From: Octopus bimaculoides
Taxonomy: Eukaryota
Length of the DNA: 64,000 nucleotides
Assembly: GCF_001194135.2 (NCBI RefSeq)
Contig: NC_068982.1
Coordinates: 36,472,597-36,536,596 of the forward strand
Direction of reading: 5' to 3'
Below the pieces are notes generated by a model. It saw only the letters and a program-made list of their open reading frames with translations, ran no database searches and was not told the DNA's origin. Positions 1 through 10,975 of the stretch are shown here, in pieces. Position 1 is the stretch's first letter. Each line of letters starts with the position of its first letter. Both the position numbers and the translations under genes were made by a program.

Positions 1-14
1 TATTTAAGATGTGT

Positions 15-386
15 TATCTTTTATCCTTTACTTGTTTCAGTCATTAGACTGCAGCATGCAGAGGTAATGCCTTGAAGAATTTTAGCCAAATGAATTGACC
101 CCAGTATTTTTCCTTTTTAAGTTTGGTACTTATTCTCTCAATCTCTTTTGCCAAACTAAGTTATGGGAATGTAAACACACCAACACTAGTAGTCAAGTAG
201 TGGTGGGGGACAGACACACACACAACTGGCTTCATTCAGTGTTTGTCTACCAAATCCACTCACGAGGCTTTGGCTAGCCCAAGGCTATAGAAGAAGACAC
301 TTGTCCAAGGTGCCATGTAATGGACTGAACCTGGAACTATGTGGCTGCAAAGCAAACTTCTTACCACACAGCTACACCTGCACCTA
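15..386 (-). mobile_element. tRNA-derived SINE, family 2 (CORE-like central block)
   Basis: Reverse complement has a tRNA-like head followed by a cttggacaagtgtcttcttctatagc block and a gactgaaacaagtaaa tail. The same block recurs at ~14600-15015(+), 30030-30200(-), 30820-30920(-), 32045-32575(-), 34555-34760(-), 55950-56100(+). Confidence 0.8.
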
Positions 387-404
387 TATATATCACTTTA
401 TTTT

Positions 405-760
405 ATTGCACCTGGAAAGATGAAAGGAAAAGTTGACCTTGGCAACAATTGAACTCATAAAGATATGAAACAAATACTACAAGGCAGTTTCTCCAATGCC
501 CAAATGATTCTTCCGATCTACTACCATCATTTAACTCATTAAATAACTCATTCTAATTTTTGCACAAGGCCAGCAAATCTGAGGTGTTGGGGGAGTCAAT
601 TACATCAGCCCCAGTACTTGACCTACTTATTTTATTGACCTCAAAACAATGAAAAATTAAGTCAATCAGTGGAATTTGAACTCAGAATGTAAATATATGG
701 AAAGAATGCCACTAAGCATTCTGTCTAATGTGCTGACAATTTTGCCAGCTTACCACCTTA
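405..760 (-). mobile_element. Two decayed copies of SINE family 1
   Basis: Carry the rc of gttctgagttcaaattc (B-box-like) and the gaccccagtac/ttttattgacc/aaaggaaaagttgacc central block shared with more than 20 copies in the window. Confidence 0.7.
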
Positions 761-1744
761 TTTAAGATTATTATTTCCTAATATTTAGACATGAAAAATG
801 TCTTTTATGTATACATCTGCACACTTTTGATTGATTTGATCACTAACCTTTCTTAGGAATCTTATTCCTGGATGTTTACATTTTATCAGATTGAATTCTA
901 CTATGCTCTCACCCCTACATATATGCACGAGTAGCCAAGTGGATCAGTACATTGCTATCCTTAGTTTAAAAACAGAGTCTCCTATTACATATCCAGCTTG
1001 CTACAATGACACCTGAAGACAACTGAAAACCAAATCTCTCAAAACATTGCTGATGTAAATATTGTAAAAATTGTTTTACATCTTTAAAGATGAGATTACT
1101 AGTCCAAAAAATGTATAGTGGAGAGTATTGAACAAAGAAATATAAAATACTGAACTAGATATAGTAAAACATTTAGTTTAACATGTTACTTTTATTGTTT
1201 GCATACAATTACATCTCAGTGGGATTACAGTGATTCCATTTACTAAAGACAAAGCAATGATAAAAGAGATTTTCTCATATACTAGCTGCTAGCCATCAAT
1301 CATCTAAACTACTTATGTTCTGGAAAAATAAGCACTACTCTTTGAAAAAAATGTGGTGAAATATGCTCCTCAAATGATAATTTGGTATCAATTGTTATCA
1401 ACACATATGGCAAGTAAAATATTCTTGCTGAAAGTGAAATTAGAAAGCAAGCAACATGGTCCTTTATGAAATAGCAGACATAAAATTTTGCTATAACCTT
1501 CGCTAAATAATAGTTGTTTGACATAAATCCACAAATCCACAACATGTAGATACTGAACAAGAGCATGTCAAATGACTTAATCACTCAGCAAGCATCTTAG
1601 ACAAGTTCAATTACTGGTAGCTGTTCTATTTTCTCAGTTTTTGAGTTACAGTAAGATTTTAAACTCACACTACATAAAGTGACCTAAGCAAATATTGTAA
1701 ACTATTTATTTCATTGCTGTATTGATTCTGTTAACACATCGTCC

Positions 1745-2140
1745 CAAGGGATTTACATAAAACTGGATGAGGAAGAAGGAAAAAGATAAGAACGAGATCT
1801 ATACACAGTATACAAATACATGAGTACATGGATGATAAAGTCTTCCTGATATGATGGGCTCCAACTAGAGCCCATCATGAAGTTACACAAAACAAATCTA
1901 AACTCCCCCTGACCATTAATGGTTAGTACCTTCTTCCAAATGTTTTCCAACTGATTGGTATTTTCTTAGATTCATTCATTCAAGCCATTTTTGCCACAGT
2001 CACCCACCTTCATGGCAGGAGAACACCTCTCCCTCCAGCCTCATCTTCCTTTCGAAGGGAAAATTGGAAAAGTCAATAAGGGTTTGACCAAAGAAGAAAG
2101 TGCCTGTTCCAGTTCTTTCAGCCTTGCCCATCACACAGCT
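1745..2140 (-). mobile_element. Decayed 3' end of a LINE (L1/Tx1-like, inferred)
   Basis: Broken minus frame (...FPFERKMRLEGEVFSC...KW) resembles the minus frame at 46430-46690. It is followed by a 3' UTR-like stretch with an 11-bp hairpin. Confidence 0.35.
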
Positions 2141-2162
2141 TCTTTCACTATAGTCATCTTAA

Positions 2163-2384
2163 CCCTTTTGATACTAACCCACTTGAAACCGTCTCTGGCT
2201 CTGTAGTACAAATGTCTTGTTTTCAAAAATTCTGAATTAAAATCTTCCACCAAACCTTAGTCACAATTTATGTTCCTAACACTAGCTTAATGATAACTAA
2301 GTTATTCTATTGAATTCTTTGTTATATTTAAAATTAATTGAAAGAAACACAGAGCATCTCAAAATATATATGGTAATGAAAGGG
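2163..2384. mobile_element. piggyBac-type MITE (222 bp)
   Basis: TTAA|CCCTTT ... AAAGGG|TTAA: TTAA duplications at 2159-2162 and 2385-2388, no coding capacity. Confidence 0.85.
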
Positions 2385-2599
2385 TTAAAGAGGAAAATTG
2401 CCTGCTGTCCTATTGAAGGAGGACAGCAGAGTAATTTTCACACTGACTTTGGCTGACAGCTGGATTTGTCCATCATGTGACAACAGCTGTTTGACATAAT
2501 TCCACAAGCCAGTCGTGTTCGGACACTGAACACGTGTGTACAGAAAGCTTCTCTTGCTCTCTGTGCATCTTGGACAAATTTCTAACATTGACTTTTGGG

Positions 2600-3205
2600 T
2601 AGGTGTTATTCAATTAAATCTACCCCAGTACTCGAATGGTACTTTATTTAATCAATCCTGGTAGAGTGAAAGGCAAAACTGACCTTGGGAGCATTTGATC
2701 TTAAGAGTGTAAATAGCCAGAACAAACCCAAGATGGCATTTTGTTTGATGTTTTACCAATTTTGCCAATCTACCACCTTTTAATAACAATTCTTTCTATT
2801 AAAGGCACAAGGCCAGAAATTTAGGAGGAAGGGACAAGTCAATTACATTAACCCCAGTGCACAACCGGTGCTTATTTCATTGACCCTGAAAGGATAAAAG
2901 GTAAAGTTAACCTCAGCAGAATTTGAACTCAGAAAATAAAGACAGACAAAATCAAGCATTTTGTCCAGCATGCTAACAATTCTGCCAACTTGCCATATAA
3001 CTTTTAATAATAACAATTACAACAACACTACAACTATTTCTAATTTAAGTGCAAGGCCAGCAATTTTTGAGGGGAAAGGATGCAATCAATTACATCCCTC
3101 CCCGTCCTTAACTGGTACTTTATGATATTGATCCAGGAGGAGGGAGAATGTAAAACAAAGTTCACTACAGTGGGGTTTGAACCCTGAGAATAAAGAGCCA
3201 GAACA
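2600..3205 (-). mobile_element. Three head-to-tail SINE family 1 copies
   Basis: Repeated gaccccagt/acttatttca/gaaaggcaaa/gaatttgaactcag blocks separated by (aat)n or (aac)n runs. Confidence 0.8.
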
Positions 3206-3209
3206 AATA

Positions 3210-4460
3210 CAAGGGTGGGCTGAAAAGTTCCTAAGCTGACTATAAAAGAGTGATGCTATAGCTGTGAAATCTTGCATGCATTAATTTCAATCTTTCTTAT
3301 TAATAACTTCATTGTTTTTTTTCCAGGTAAACTGACATCTCACTGTTCAAAGAAGACTTAAAAAGTAACTTGCAGTGACTTCTCTTGAAAATGAACAAAA
3401 TTTGGCATCATTGTGTTATCAAGTACCTGCAGAAAAAAGGTTTAACCTCCAAAGACATGACTGCTATAATAGGAAATGATGCTCCAGCTTTATAAACAGT
3501 GTAAAAGTGGGCAACTGAATTTAGGGGAAAGGGATTGGAGAGTTTTAAAGATCACCCAAGGTCTGGACATCCTGCAACTGTCATCACTAAGGAAAACATC
3601 AATCATGTTCACTGCATGCTGATGGGTGACAGGCAATTGCCTATAAATCAAATAACCAATGCTATTAGTATATCCCATGAGAGAGTTGAGAATATTTTGC
3701 ACAATGAACTTGGCATAAAGAAGGTTTCTGTTTGGTGGGTGCCACATCTTCTAACACCTGTTTAAAAACACTCCAGGCTGATCACATCATGGGAAAAATC
3801 TGATATTGTTTGAAGCAGATCCAGCTAGTTTCTTTAGACGTTTCCTAACCCAGGATGAGAACTAGCTTCATCACTTTGAGCCAGAGACAAAGAGACAATC
3901 CAGGCAGTGGAAACAACCCTGCTCATTTACTTCAAAGAAGACCAAGATCATTTCATCAGCAGAGAAGGTGATGGTCTTAGCTTTTTGGCATGCAAAAGGC
4001 ACTGTATCAATTGACTATGTTCAAAAGGGCTACACAATCAATGGAGAGTACTATGCTAGCTTGCTAAGGCAGTTATGAATGGTTATCAAGATCAAACACC
4101 CAGGAAAACTGATGAAAAAGGTCTTGTTTCATCAGGACAATGCTCCAGCACACAAATCCTTGGTTTCGATGGCTGCTGTACATGACTGTGGCTTTGAATT
4201 GGTTGATCACCCTCCCTATTGTTCCCCATCTGACTTTCATTTGTTGCCCAACATGAAAAACCACATGGCTGGGAACCAGTATCGTAGTGATGATGACTTC
4301 ATATCTACTGTTGATGACTTTTTTTGAACATACGGTATGAAAGCTTCTTCACCAATGGGATCCAAGCACAGCAACACTGACAGAAAAAATGTGTGGACTG
4401 CCAGGAGGACTATGTTGAAAAATAAACCTCATTTGGCCACATTCCATGAGAGTATCTGGA
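3210..4460 (+). mobile_element. mariner DNA transposon relic (irritans/Himar-like); right TIR missing
   Basis: TA followed by left TIR CAAGGGTGGGCTGAAAAGTTCCTAAGCTGAC. Internal transposase remnants are present; the expected right TIR is not seen after ~4460. Confidence 0.9.
3391..4425 (+). pseudogene. mariner transposase pseudogene (stops and frameshifts)
   Basis: Starts MNKIWHHCVIKYLQKKG. Contains RSGHP, WVPHLLT, TQDE, FHQDNAPAH and HPPYCSPSDFHL, and ends DYVEK*; these are mariner DD34D-type motifs. Confidence 0.9.
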
Positions 4461-4539
4461 TTAACATTTATTCCAATGTTTTAACAATTTTGTGTGCTTC
4501 CTGTAATAATAATAGTAATAATAATAATCATGCTTTCTA

Positions 4540-5575
4540 AAACTTAGTGGGGAGGGACAATTGATTACATAAACTCCAGTATTCAACTGGTACTTATTTC
4601 ATCGACCCCAAAAGGATGATAAAGTTGACCTTGGAATTTGAACTCAGGACATAAAGACGGATGAAATGCCACTAAACATTTTGTCCAACATGCCAACTGT
4701 TCTGCCACCTCATTGCCTTCTTAATAATAACGGGTTCAAATTGTGACACAAGGTCAGCAAATTCAAGGGAGGCGGTAAGTCATTGACGTTGACCCCAGTG
4801 CTCCACTGGTACCTATTTTATCAATCCTGAAAGGGCAAAAGGCAAAACTGATCTTGGTAGAATTTGAACTCAGAATGTAATGGACAGATGAAATACCATT
4901 AAGCATTTTACCCGGTGTGCTAACAACTCTGGCAGCTTCTCGCCTTCCTGATAACAATAATCCATTCTTCTAAAGGCACAAGGCCTGAAATTTTGGAATA
5001 GGGGACTAGTTGATCATATTGACCTCAGTGCTCAACTGGTATTTATTTCATTGACCCCAAAGGGATGAAAGACCAAGTTGGCTTTGATGCAATAGTAATA
5101 GTAATGGTTTCAAATTTTGCCACAAGGGCAGTAATTTTGGGGGAGAGGATGAGTCGATTACATTGACGACAGTGTTCAACTGGTACTTATTTTATCGACC
5201 CCTGAAAGGATGAAAGAAAAAGTCAACCTTGGTGGAATTTGAACTCAGAACGTAGCGATGGGCAAAATACAAGGCAAACAATATTTTGTGAGGAGGGTGT
5301 TAGTCAATACAAACAACCCAAAGTTTAACTGGAACTTTATTTTACTGACCCCCAGAGGCAAAGTTGACCCCAGCAGGATTTGAACCCAGAACATAAAGTG
5401 GAGTCAGTAGAAATATCGTAGAAATATTCTAAGGTCATTTTGTCTGACATTCTAACGATTCTGCCAGCCCACTGTTCTGGTTAGTTATCTGAAGGTTTCG
5501 TATAAATGCTATAGGGAGACGAATCAATTAGATTGACCGCAGTACTTGACTGGTACTTTATTTTATCGAACTCGT
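4540..5575 (-). mobile_element. Stack of about six SINE family 1 copies or fragments
   Basis: For example, 4730-4945 rc begins aaggcgagaagctgccagagttgttagc...ttctgagttcaaattc. All copies share the same orientation. Confidence 0.85.
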
Positions 5576-5599
5576 AAGATATCTTCTGCCCTGCTCAAA

Positions 5600-6960
5600 A
5601 GTATGTTTTGGCAATATTTCAAGAGTGAGCTTTGTTTAGAAAAACCAATAATAGCATTAAAAAAATAAATAAAAAATGCAAAACGACATTTGATAATTAT
5701 GAATGAGCCATGACTATAAAAAGCTTAAGGACTGCCCTTAACCTAAAGTGGTCGCGAATTGAAATATTAAATTATGAATAAAGTACGTGTTGATTACTAT
5801 AGTTTATTATATATTTTAAGTCTCCTTTATGTTAAATAAAAGCCAGAATAATTTTGCATTGACGTTAACTCTTTCATGGCGGAAAGGTATTGAGATTATT
5901 AAGACAACGCTTACGACAACATTGAATATGAACGATCATGCGTTGCCGTTATAACGCATACAATGACCACTTAGGGAGACAGGAGCTAACAAGAGAGCCT
6001 TCACGCGGTCCTCTGACTGTGTTAAGAATGGCAGCCAAACCTTCCTCAAATTGCATTCACCTCTCTATTTAACAGTGTAGCTTTTATATACAAAAACACG
6101 AGATGGTCACAAATGAAACACCTTTCTTTGATCAAAAGCCTACCACAAAGCGACTGAATAAACAAGACGGTCATGCAACTGAATAAACAAACAACAACGG
6201 AGATAGAAAGGTTAATATATAGATCCGCACCCGGTGGAAAAATTGAAAAAAAATAGTGTAGTAGTTGAAGTGCAGGAGGCGTAACATTTGTCCTAATTTG
6301 GTTCGCTATATAAAAACAAATGAATATTATATACACCTGTGAAGAGACATCGTTGATAAAACTTCAAAATGCTTTACAAAATATATTTACCGGATGATCT
6401 TCCTTGTACCGCTTAAGTTGGTCACTAACTTTGTCTCGGTTGGCCATGATTGAAAGTTCGATGAACGCTTGTTTGTTATGGGACAGAAGCTGCTGACTGA
6501 AGCTTACCACTTCGCAGATAGTAAATAAAAAGGTTACAGGAGATCAGGGGACGTAACTAGAACACTGATAACGTTGACGTTCTAAAATATATTCAACACG
6601 GTGTCAGGAAAAAAAAAAGAATAAAAAAATTTAAAAAATAAATAAATGATAAATAACTATATATCTACTTAAAGATATTCCAGATAGATTTCTTAAAAAT
6701 ATGTTCTGTTTAGACAAACATAGAAAGTCTTTACTAAAAGAAAAATAAATAGACCTGGCTGCCAAGTTGTCAAAACAATATTTTGAGAATTGACTTCTGT
6801 AAGCAAAGAGAAGTTGTTTCCCTTGGATTGTTTCGAAACCAAATTTTTCCGACCGTTTTATTTTACAATTGAATTATAACCTCAGTTACTGCCCCAAACA
6901 CACGCGCACAAATGTGCGCGCGTGGAATTGCATGTATGCATGCGTATGCGTGCGATGTGT
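5600..6960. promoter_or_regulatory. CpG-rich island, putative promoter
   Basis: About 29 CpG in 5821-6600 by eye, versus about 1 in 8400-9200. Contains a CGCGCACA-AA-TGTGCGCG palindrome at 6903-6920. Confidence 0.55.
6391..6447 (-). CDS. Candidate first coding exon of an unidentified gene: MANRDKVSDQLKRYKEDHP
   Basis: Kozak-like aatcATGg, 19 open codons, phase-0 donor CCG|gtaaat, inside the CpG island. No homolog recognised. Confidence 0.35.
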
Positions 6961-7569
6961 GTGAATAAAATATAATTTTCCTTCATGTTCATACTCCCAA
7001 ATAAGAAAGTCAATTATTGGGTTTTGTTAATTTGGGGTTTGACTATTCTATTTTTCATGCTAGAATTAAAGAAAATAATATTGTAAGCCCTCTACAATTG
7101 GTGGGTTTCAGTGACATTAACAGAACATGTTAAATTGTTATATAGATTCTGAAGGCAAGTGTATAGATTCAGCGTTGCATTTTTTAACACAAAGCAAAAT
7201 GAATTGCGAAGATAGGGCACAAAACATAATTTACTCCCCTAACTACTATGCCATTATATATTATTATAATTGAAATCTATTAAAGACCATATGGAAATCA
7301 GTAGCTTAATTCACATGAAGCAAAAATGTTTTTGAGGTACAACATCCAGCTGTTAGTTGATAACATTTTTCTATATATCTGCAAGTAGATACCGATTAGA
7401 AATTGTTTGCATTAAAAACAGCATATGGAAGTAGATAAAATATAAACCTAGACTATGGATATTATCCAATCATCTTGCTCATGGTCTACCCATAGTCTCC
7501 TGCCTGTTGATTCAGCTTGAAGAATTTGTCTCAGTTGATTATGCTTGGGGATCCAGCTGGAAACTTTAA

Positions 7570-7790
7570 CCCTTTAGCATTTAAACCGGCCATATCTGGA
7601 CAAAAGTATTCTACCTGTTTTATGTTCAAACTGGCCAGATCTGGTCTCTCACACCAACCCTACAATATCATTTTAAAAATTAACAGCTACCTCATCAAAA
7701 TCTCATAGCTATAAGATAATGCATGATTAGTTCAAAACAATGTGAATGAAAAAGCATTAATTTTGGCAGAATAATGCGAATACTAAAGGG
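7570..7790. mobile_element. piggyBac-type MITE (221 bp)
   Basis: TTAA|CCCTTTAG ... CTAAAGGG|TTAA, with TSDs at 7566-7569 and 7791-7794. Confidence 0.85.
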
Positions 7791-7964
7791 TTAAAGATTG
7801 TTGTTTCTGATAGGACCCTGTGGAAGAAATGCATGAAGATTTTACACCTATGGCCATCCCAAGAATAGTATGCAGTGAAAATGGATTAATAGCTATAAGC
7901 CTAGAGAAGAAAGGGAATAAACTTCAAGTAGATAGTATATGTTCCATATTATTTACCATACTTA

Positions 7965-8165
7965 AGGCAGTGAACTGGCAGAATCGTTAGTACAGCAGGC
8001 AAAATACTTAGTGGAATTTCGTCCATCCTTATATTGTGAGTTCAAATTTCAGTAGGGTTGGCTTTGCCTTTCATTCTTTCAGGGTTGAAAAATGAGCACT
8101 GGAGTTGATGTAATTGACTTAGCCCTCTGAAAATGCTGGCCCTGTGCCAAAATTTGAAACCATTA
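7965..8165 (+). mobile_element. SINE family 1 copy
   Basis: aggcagtgaactggcagaatcgttag head, gagttcaaatttc B-box-like motif, and ttgtgccaaaatttgaaacc tail. Other copies lie at 9335-9505(-), 17745-17895(-), 42675-42845(+), 45425-45645(+), 46030-46245(+), 47790-47995(+). Confidence 0.85.
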
Positions 8166-10554
8166 TTTACCATACTTATAAATACATGCTCTCTGTGGCA
8201 GTGAAAGCACAAACCTAGATCATGAGCATATGGATTTTTGCATGTGTAAACTGGGAATGCATACAATGAGCTTTTCTGCCCAAGGTGTACGGAAAATACT
8301 TGGCAAGAAATGGAAGAAAATTTGAAGAAAGAAGAAAAAAACAACAATAATAATAATAATATATTTTTGTATAAATTAAAATTAATAAATAAACTTTGTA
8401 ATTTGAGTAAAAAGTTCTGTATTGAATATTATTAATAAATTTTTTAAAAATCTTTGCCTTCTTAAATTATTTATGAGACATTGTGAAAAAATGACCCTTG
8501 TACAATCTTTTAATCACTATAACAAATAAATTTTAAAAAGTTAAGAAAAAAAAGTTTAATTATAAAATGCAAATCTGCAAGATTTTCATAGTTTTGGTTG
8601 GAGGTAAAACTAAACAAATAAAATTGCTCACTATTGGTAAACTTATTTTTAAAAGGTAGTATTTGTTATTATATCTAGATATTTTTGTATGTGTTTAAGA
8701 GAAGAATATTTATATTTTACTGAGCACTAGAAAAATCATTCCTTTTAAGGAGTGAAGAATATTGTAATGCAATAACCATCATAAATTTTATGGAAGTCAA
8801 TCAATGAAAATTACAAGCATTGCTAATATATTTCTCTTTTTGTGCTTGACTCCAAACTGAGAAGCTGGTGGTTCCTATCCTGGCCGGAACATTTATCACA
8901 TAATAGCCACCACTACTTAGCTCTAAGTAAGAACTATAATGCATTATAATTCACTGTTGTGTATATAGTTTATAGCTGTGGTATACAACTTATTCATTAG
9001 CTTGTAATTCTGAGTTCCATTTTTTCCAAGAGGAAAGTTATCTATGATAGACTAGTGTATTATCCAGTTATCAATGATGTCCACATCTGTTGAACACCAT
9101 TGAAAACAGAGATAATCACTAGCTTCTTAAATGAAGAATATTATATAGGGAATAGTAATAATCAAAAGCTATGTTACATAGTTGCTATTTAAATTTATCT
9201 CATGTAATATCTTCCAGCAATTCACTTGAATGCTATATACAGAGACTCTAAAAAACCTAGTTTTAATATTTAACACTCTACAATATTTATTTCTTTATTG
9301 CCCACATAGAGAGGACAAACAAGGACAGACAAAGGGATTAAGTCGATTACATTGACACCAGTGCGTAACTAGTACTTATTTAATCGGCCCTGAAAGGATG
9401 AAAGGCAAAGTCAATCTCGGCGGAATTTGAACTCAGAATGTAACGGCAGATGAAATACCGCTAAGCATTTCGCCCGGCGTGCTAATGATTGTGCCAGCTC
9501 ACCACCCTAATACTCTACAATATTGAAGAGTGCATAAGAATAACCTATCAGAAAGATAAAATCAACACTCTTTATTATCTCAAGTGGGTTTTTTAAGTAG
9601 AGAGCATACTGACATATTGGTATTTTGATAATGTGATGATACAAACATGGAATTTGAACAGGAAAATTTTAGGATACCAAAAGACAAAAATTTGACATCT
9701 TTGTTTTACTTTGAAGAAAAAGAAACAAGGAAAGGTATAGCTTTCAACTGGCTATAATCATTTTCAACAATCTTCTTTGACAATTACACTGTCTACTCTC
9801 ACTGTCTTTTCCATCACTACTATAATGGCCTTTGTTCCTTGGAGATGACTCACTCCTCTCTTTACTTCACATCACTTATATTGCATATATCTCCCCCTTC
9901 TTGAGGCCCACACCAACATAACTGCTCTGCAATAATTTTAGAGAGAACTTCTGCCAAAGTGGACAAGCAACTAAGAAATAGCATGAGCAGGGTTAGGCTG
10001 GATATTTTGACTATAGAGAGTTGTTCATAGAAAAAGAGGTTTATTTAATTTTTTTTTGATTGGTTGTTTATCTTTTTTGTTAGCTTGTTGTGTGAGGTGA
10101 GCTTTAAATCAAAGAGCATATGATATGATGGACAGATATAGAGTGAGAGCAAGCGAAAGAGAAAGGTAGAAAAAAAGTGACATTAGGAGAGCCAGAGACC
10201 ATGTCTGGGTAGAGGAGATAAATTGAGCCTGTTTGAGTTATGATTGGTAGCCATGAGAATTTAATGACTTGAACTGGCAAAGGTGTGAGTTAAGACGTGT
10301 TCTATATGGTTTATCCTGGGGCTTTTGGAGAAGGTTGACAATAATTTTGATAATTAATAATAATGTTGAGCTTATTGTATATAATGCTCAGATGTACCAC
10401 AGCTCATTGGAAAATGGTTAAAAGAGAGGACAGAAAGCAGACATATCAACCAAGTAATGAAAGATAGTAATGAAAACTAGAATTACATGCACATTACATG
10501 AATAAAAGACTAAAATAGAGAAAAATGATCTATAAAAGAGTCATATAGAAGGAG

Positions 10555-10975
10555 TACTGTTGCCAAATTTCAGAAAGTATAGAATTTTCAAAGAATGCTG
10601 TATCCTGACAGCAAGCAACTAGCATTAATAGTTTATTCCATGTTTTGACAATTCTGAGCATGAAAAATGTTTCCAAAAGTTGCAAATGTTGTGCAGAATT
10701 TTGATATTATAAGCAAGCTGACAAGTGGTAGAGATATTGAATTCAAAAAGGTGGCCAAAGTTGTTGGGAAGATGATAAGTAATCTTGTGAGCTTCTATCA
10801 ATACAATGGTAAGACATTGAAAGTTAAGGGTGTCAATGCCCAAAGAATCAAGACATTCACAATATGATGAGTGACTGATGGAGGGTATTTGTCTGGTTGC
10901 ACATCTTCTGGATACCTTCCAGGAGATTGATATTCTAGACAAGATGGGGATTCCAGACTGGAAATATAAACTGTA
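10555..10975 (-). mobile_element. CR1-type LINE, 3' end of RT ORF, decayed
   Basis: Minus frames give PVWNPHL..NINLLEGIQK / RRCATRQIPSISH / FFMLRIVKTWNKL, matching the CR1/L2 C-terminal pattern (VWNP..LE.VQRRATK..FF..RV...WN.L). Confidence 0.75.

Noticed and set aside
858-1016. Strong branch point/acceptor (cactaacctttcttag) followed by a 53-codon open frame; also CTGAAGA-caact-GAAA at ~1013-1028
   Set aside because: No recognisable protein and no supporting upstream exon. The hammerhead-like string has no stem II, stem I or stem III pairing.
7814-7927. Apparent exon DPVEEMHEDFTPMAIPRIVCSENGLIAISLEKKGNKLQ (+), with an open frame and acceptor on (-) as well
   Set aside because: With the MITE removed, another frame reads ...VSDRTLWKKCMK, resembling an RTE C-terminus. 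Splice signals are ambiguous on both strands.
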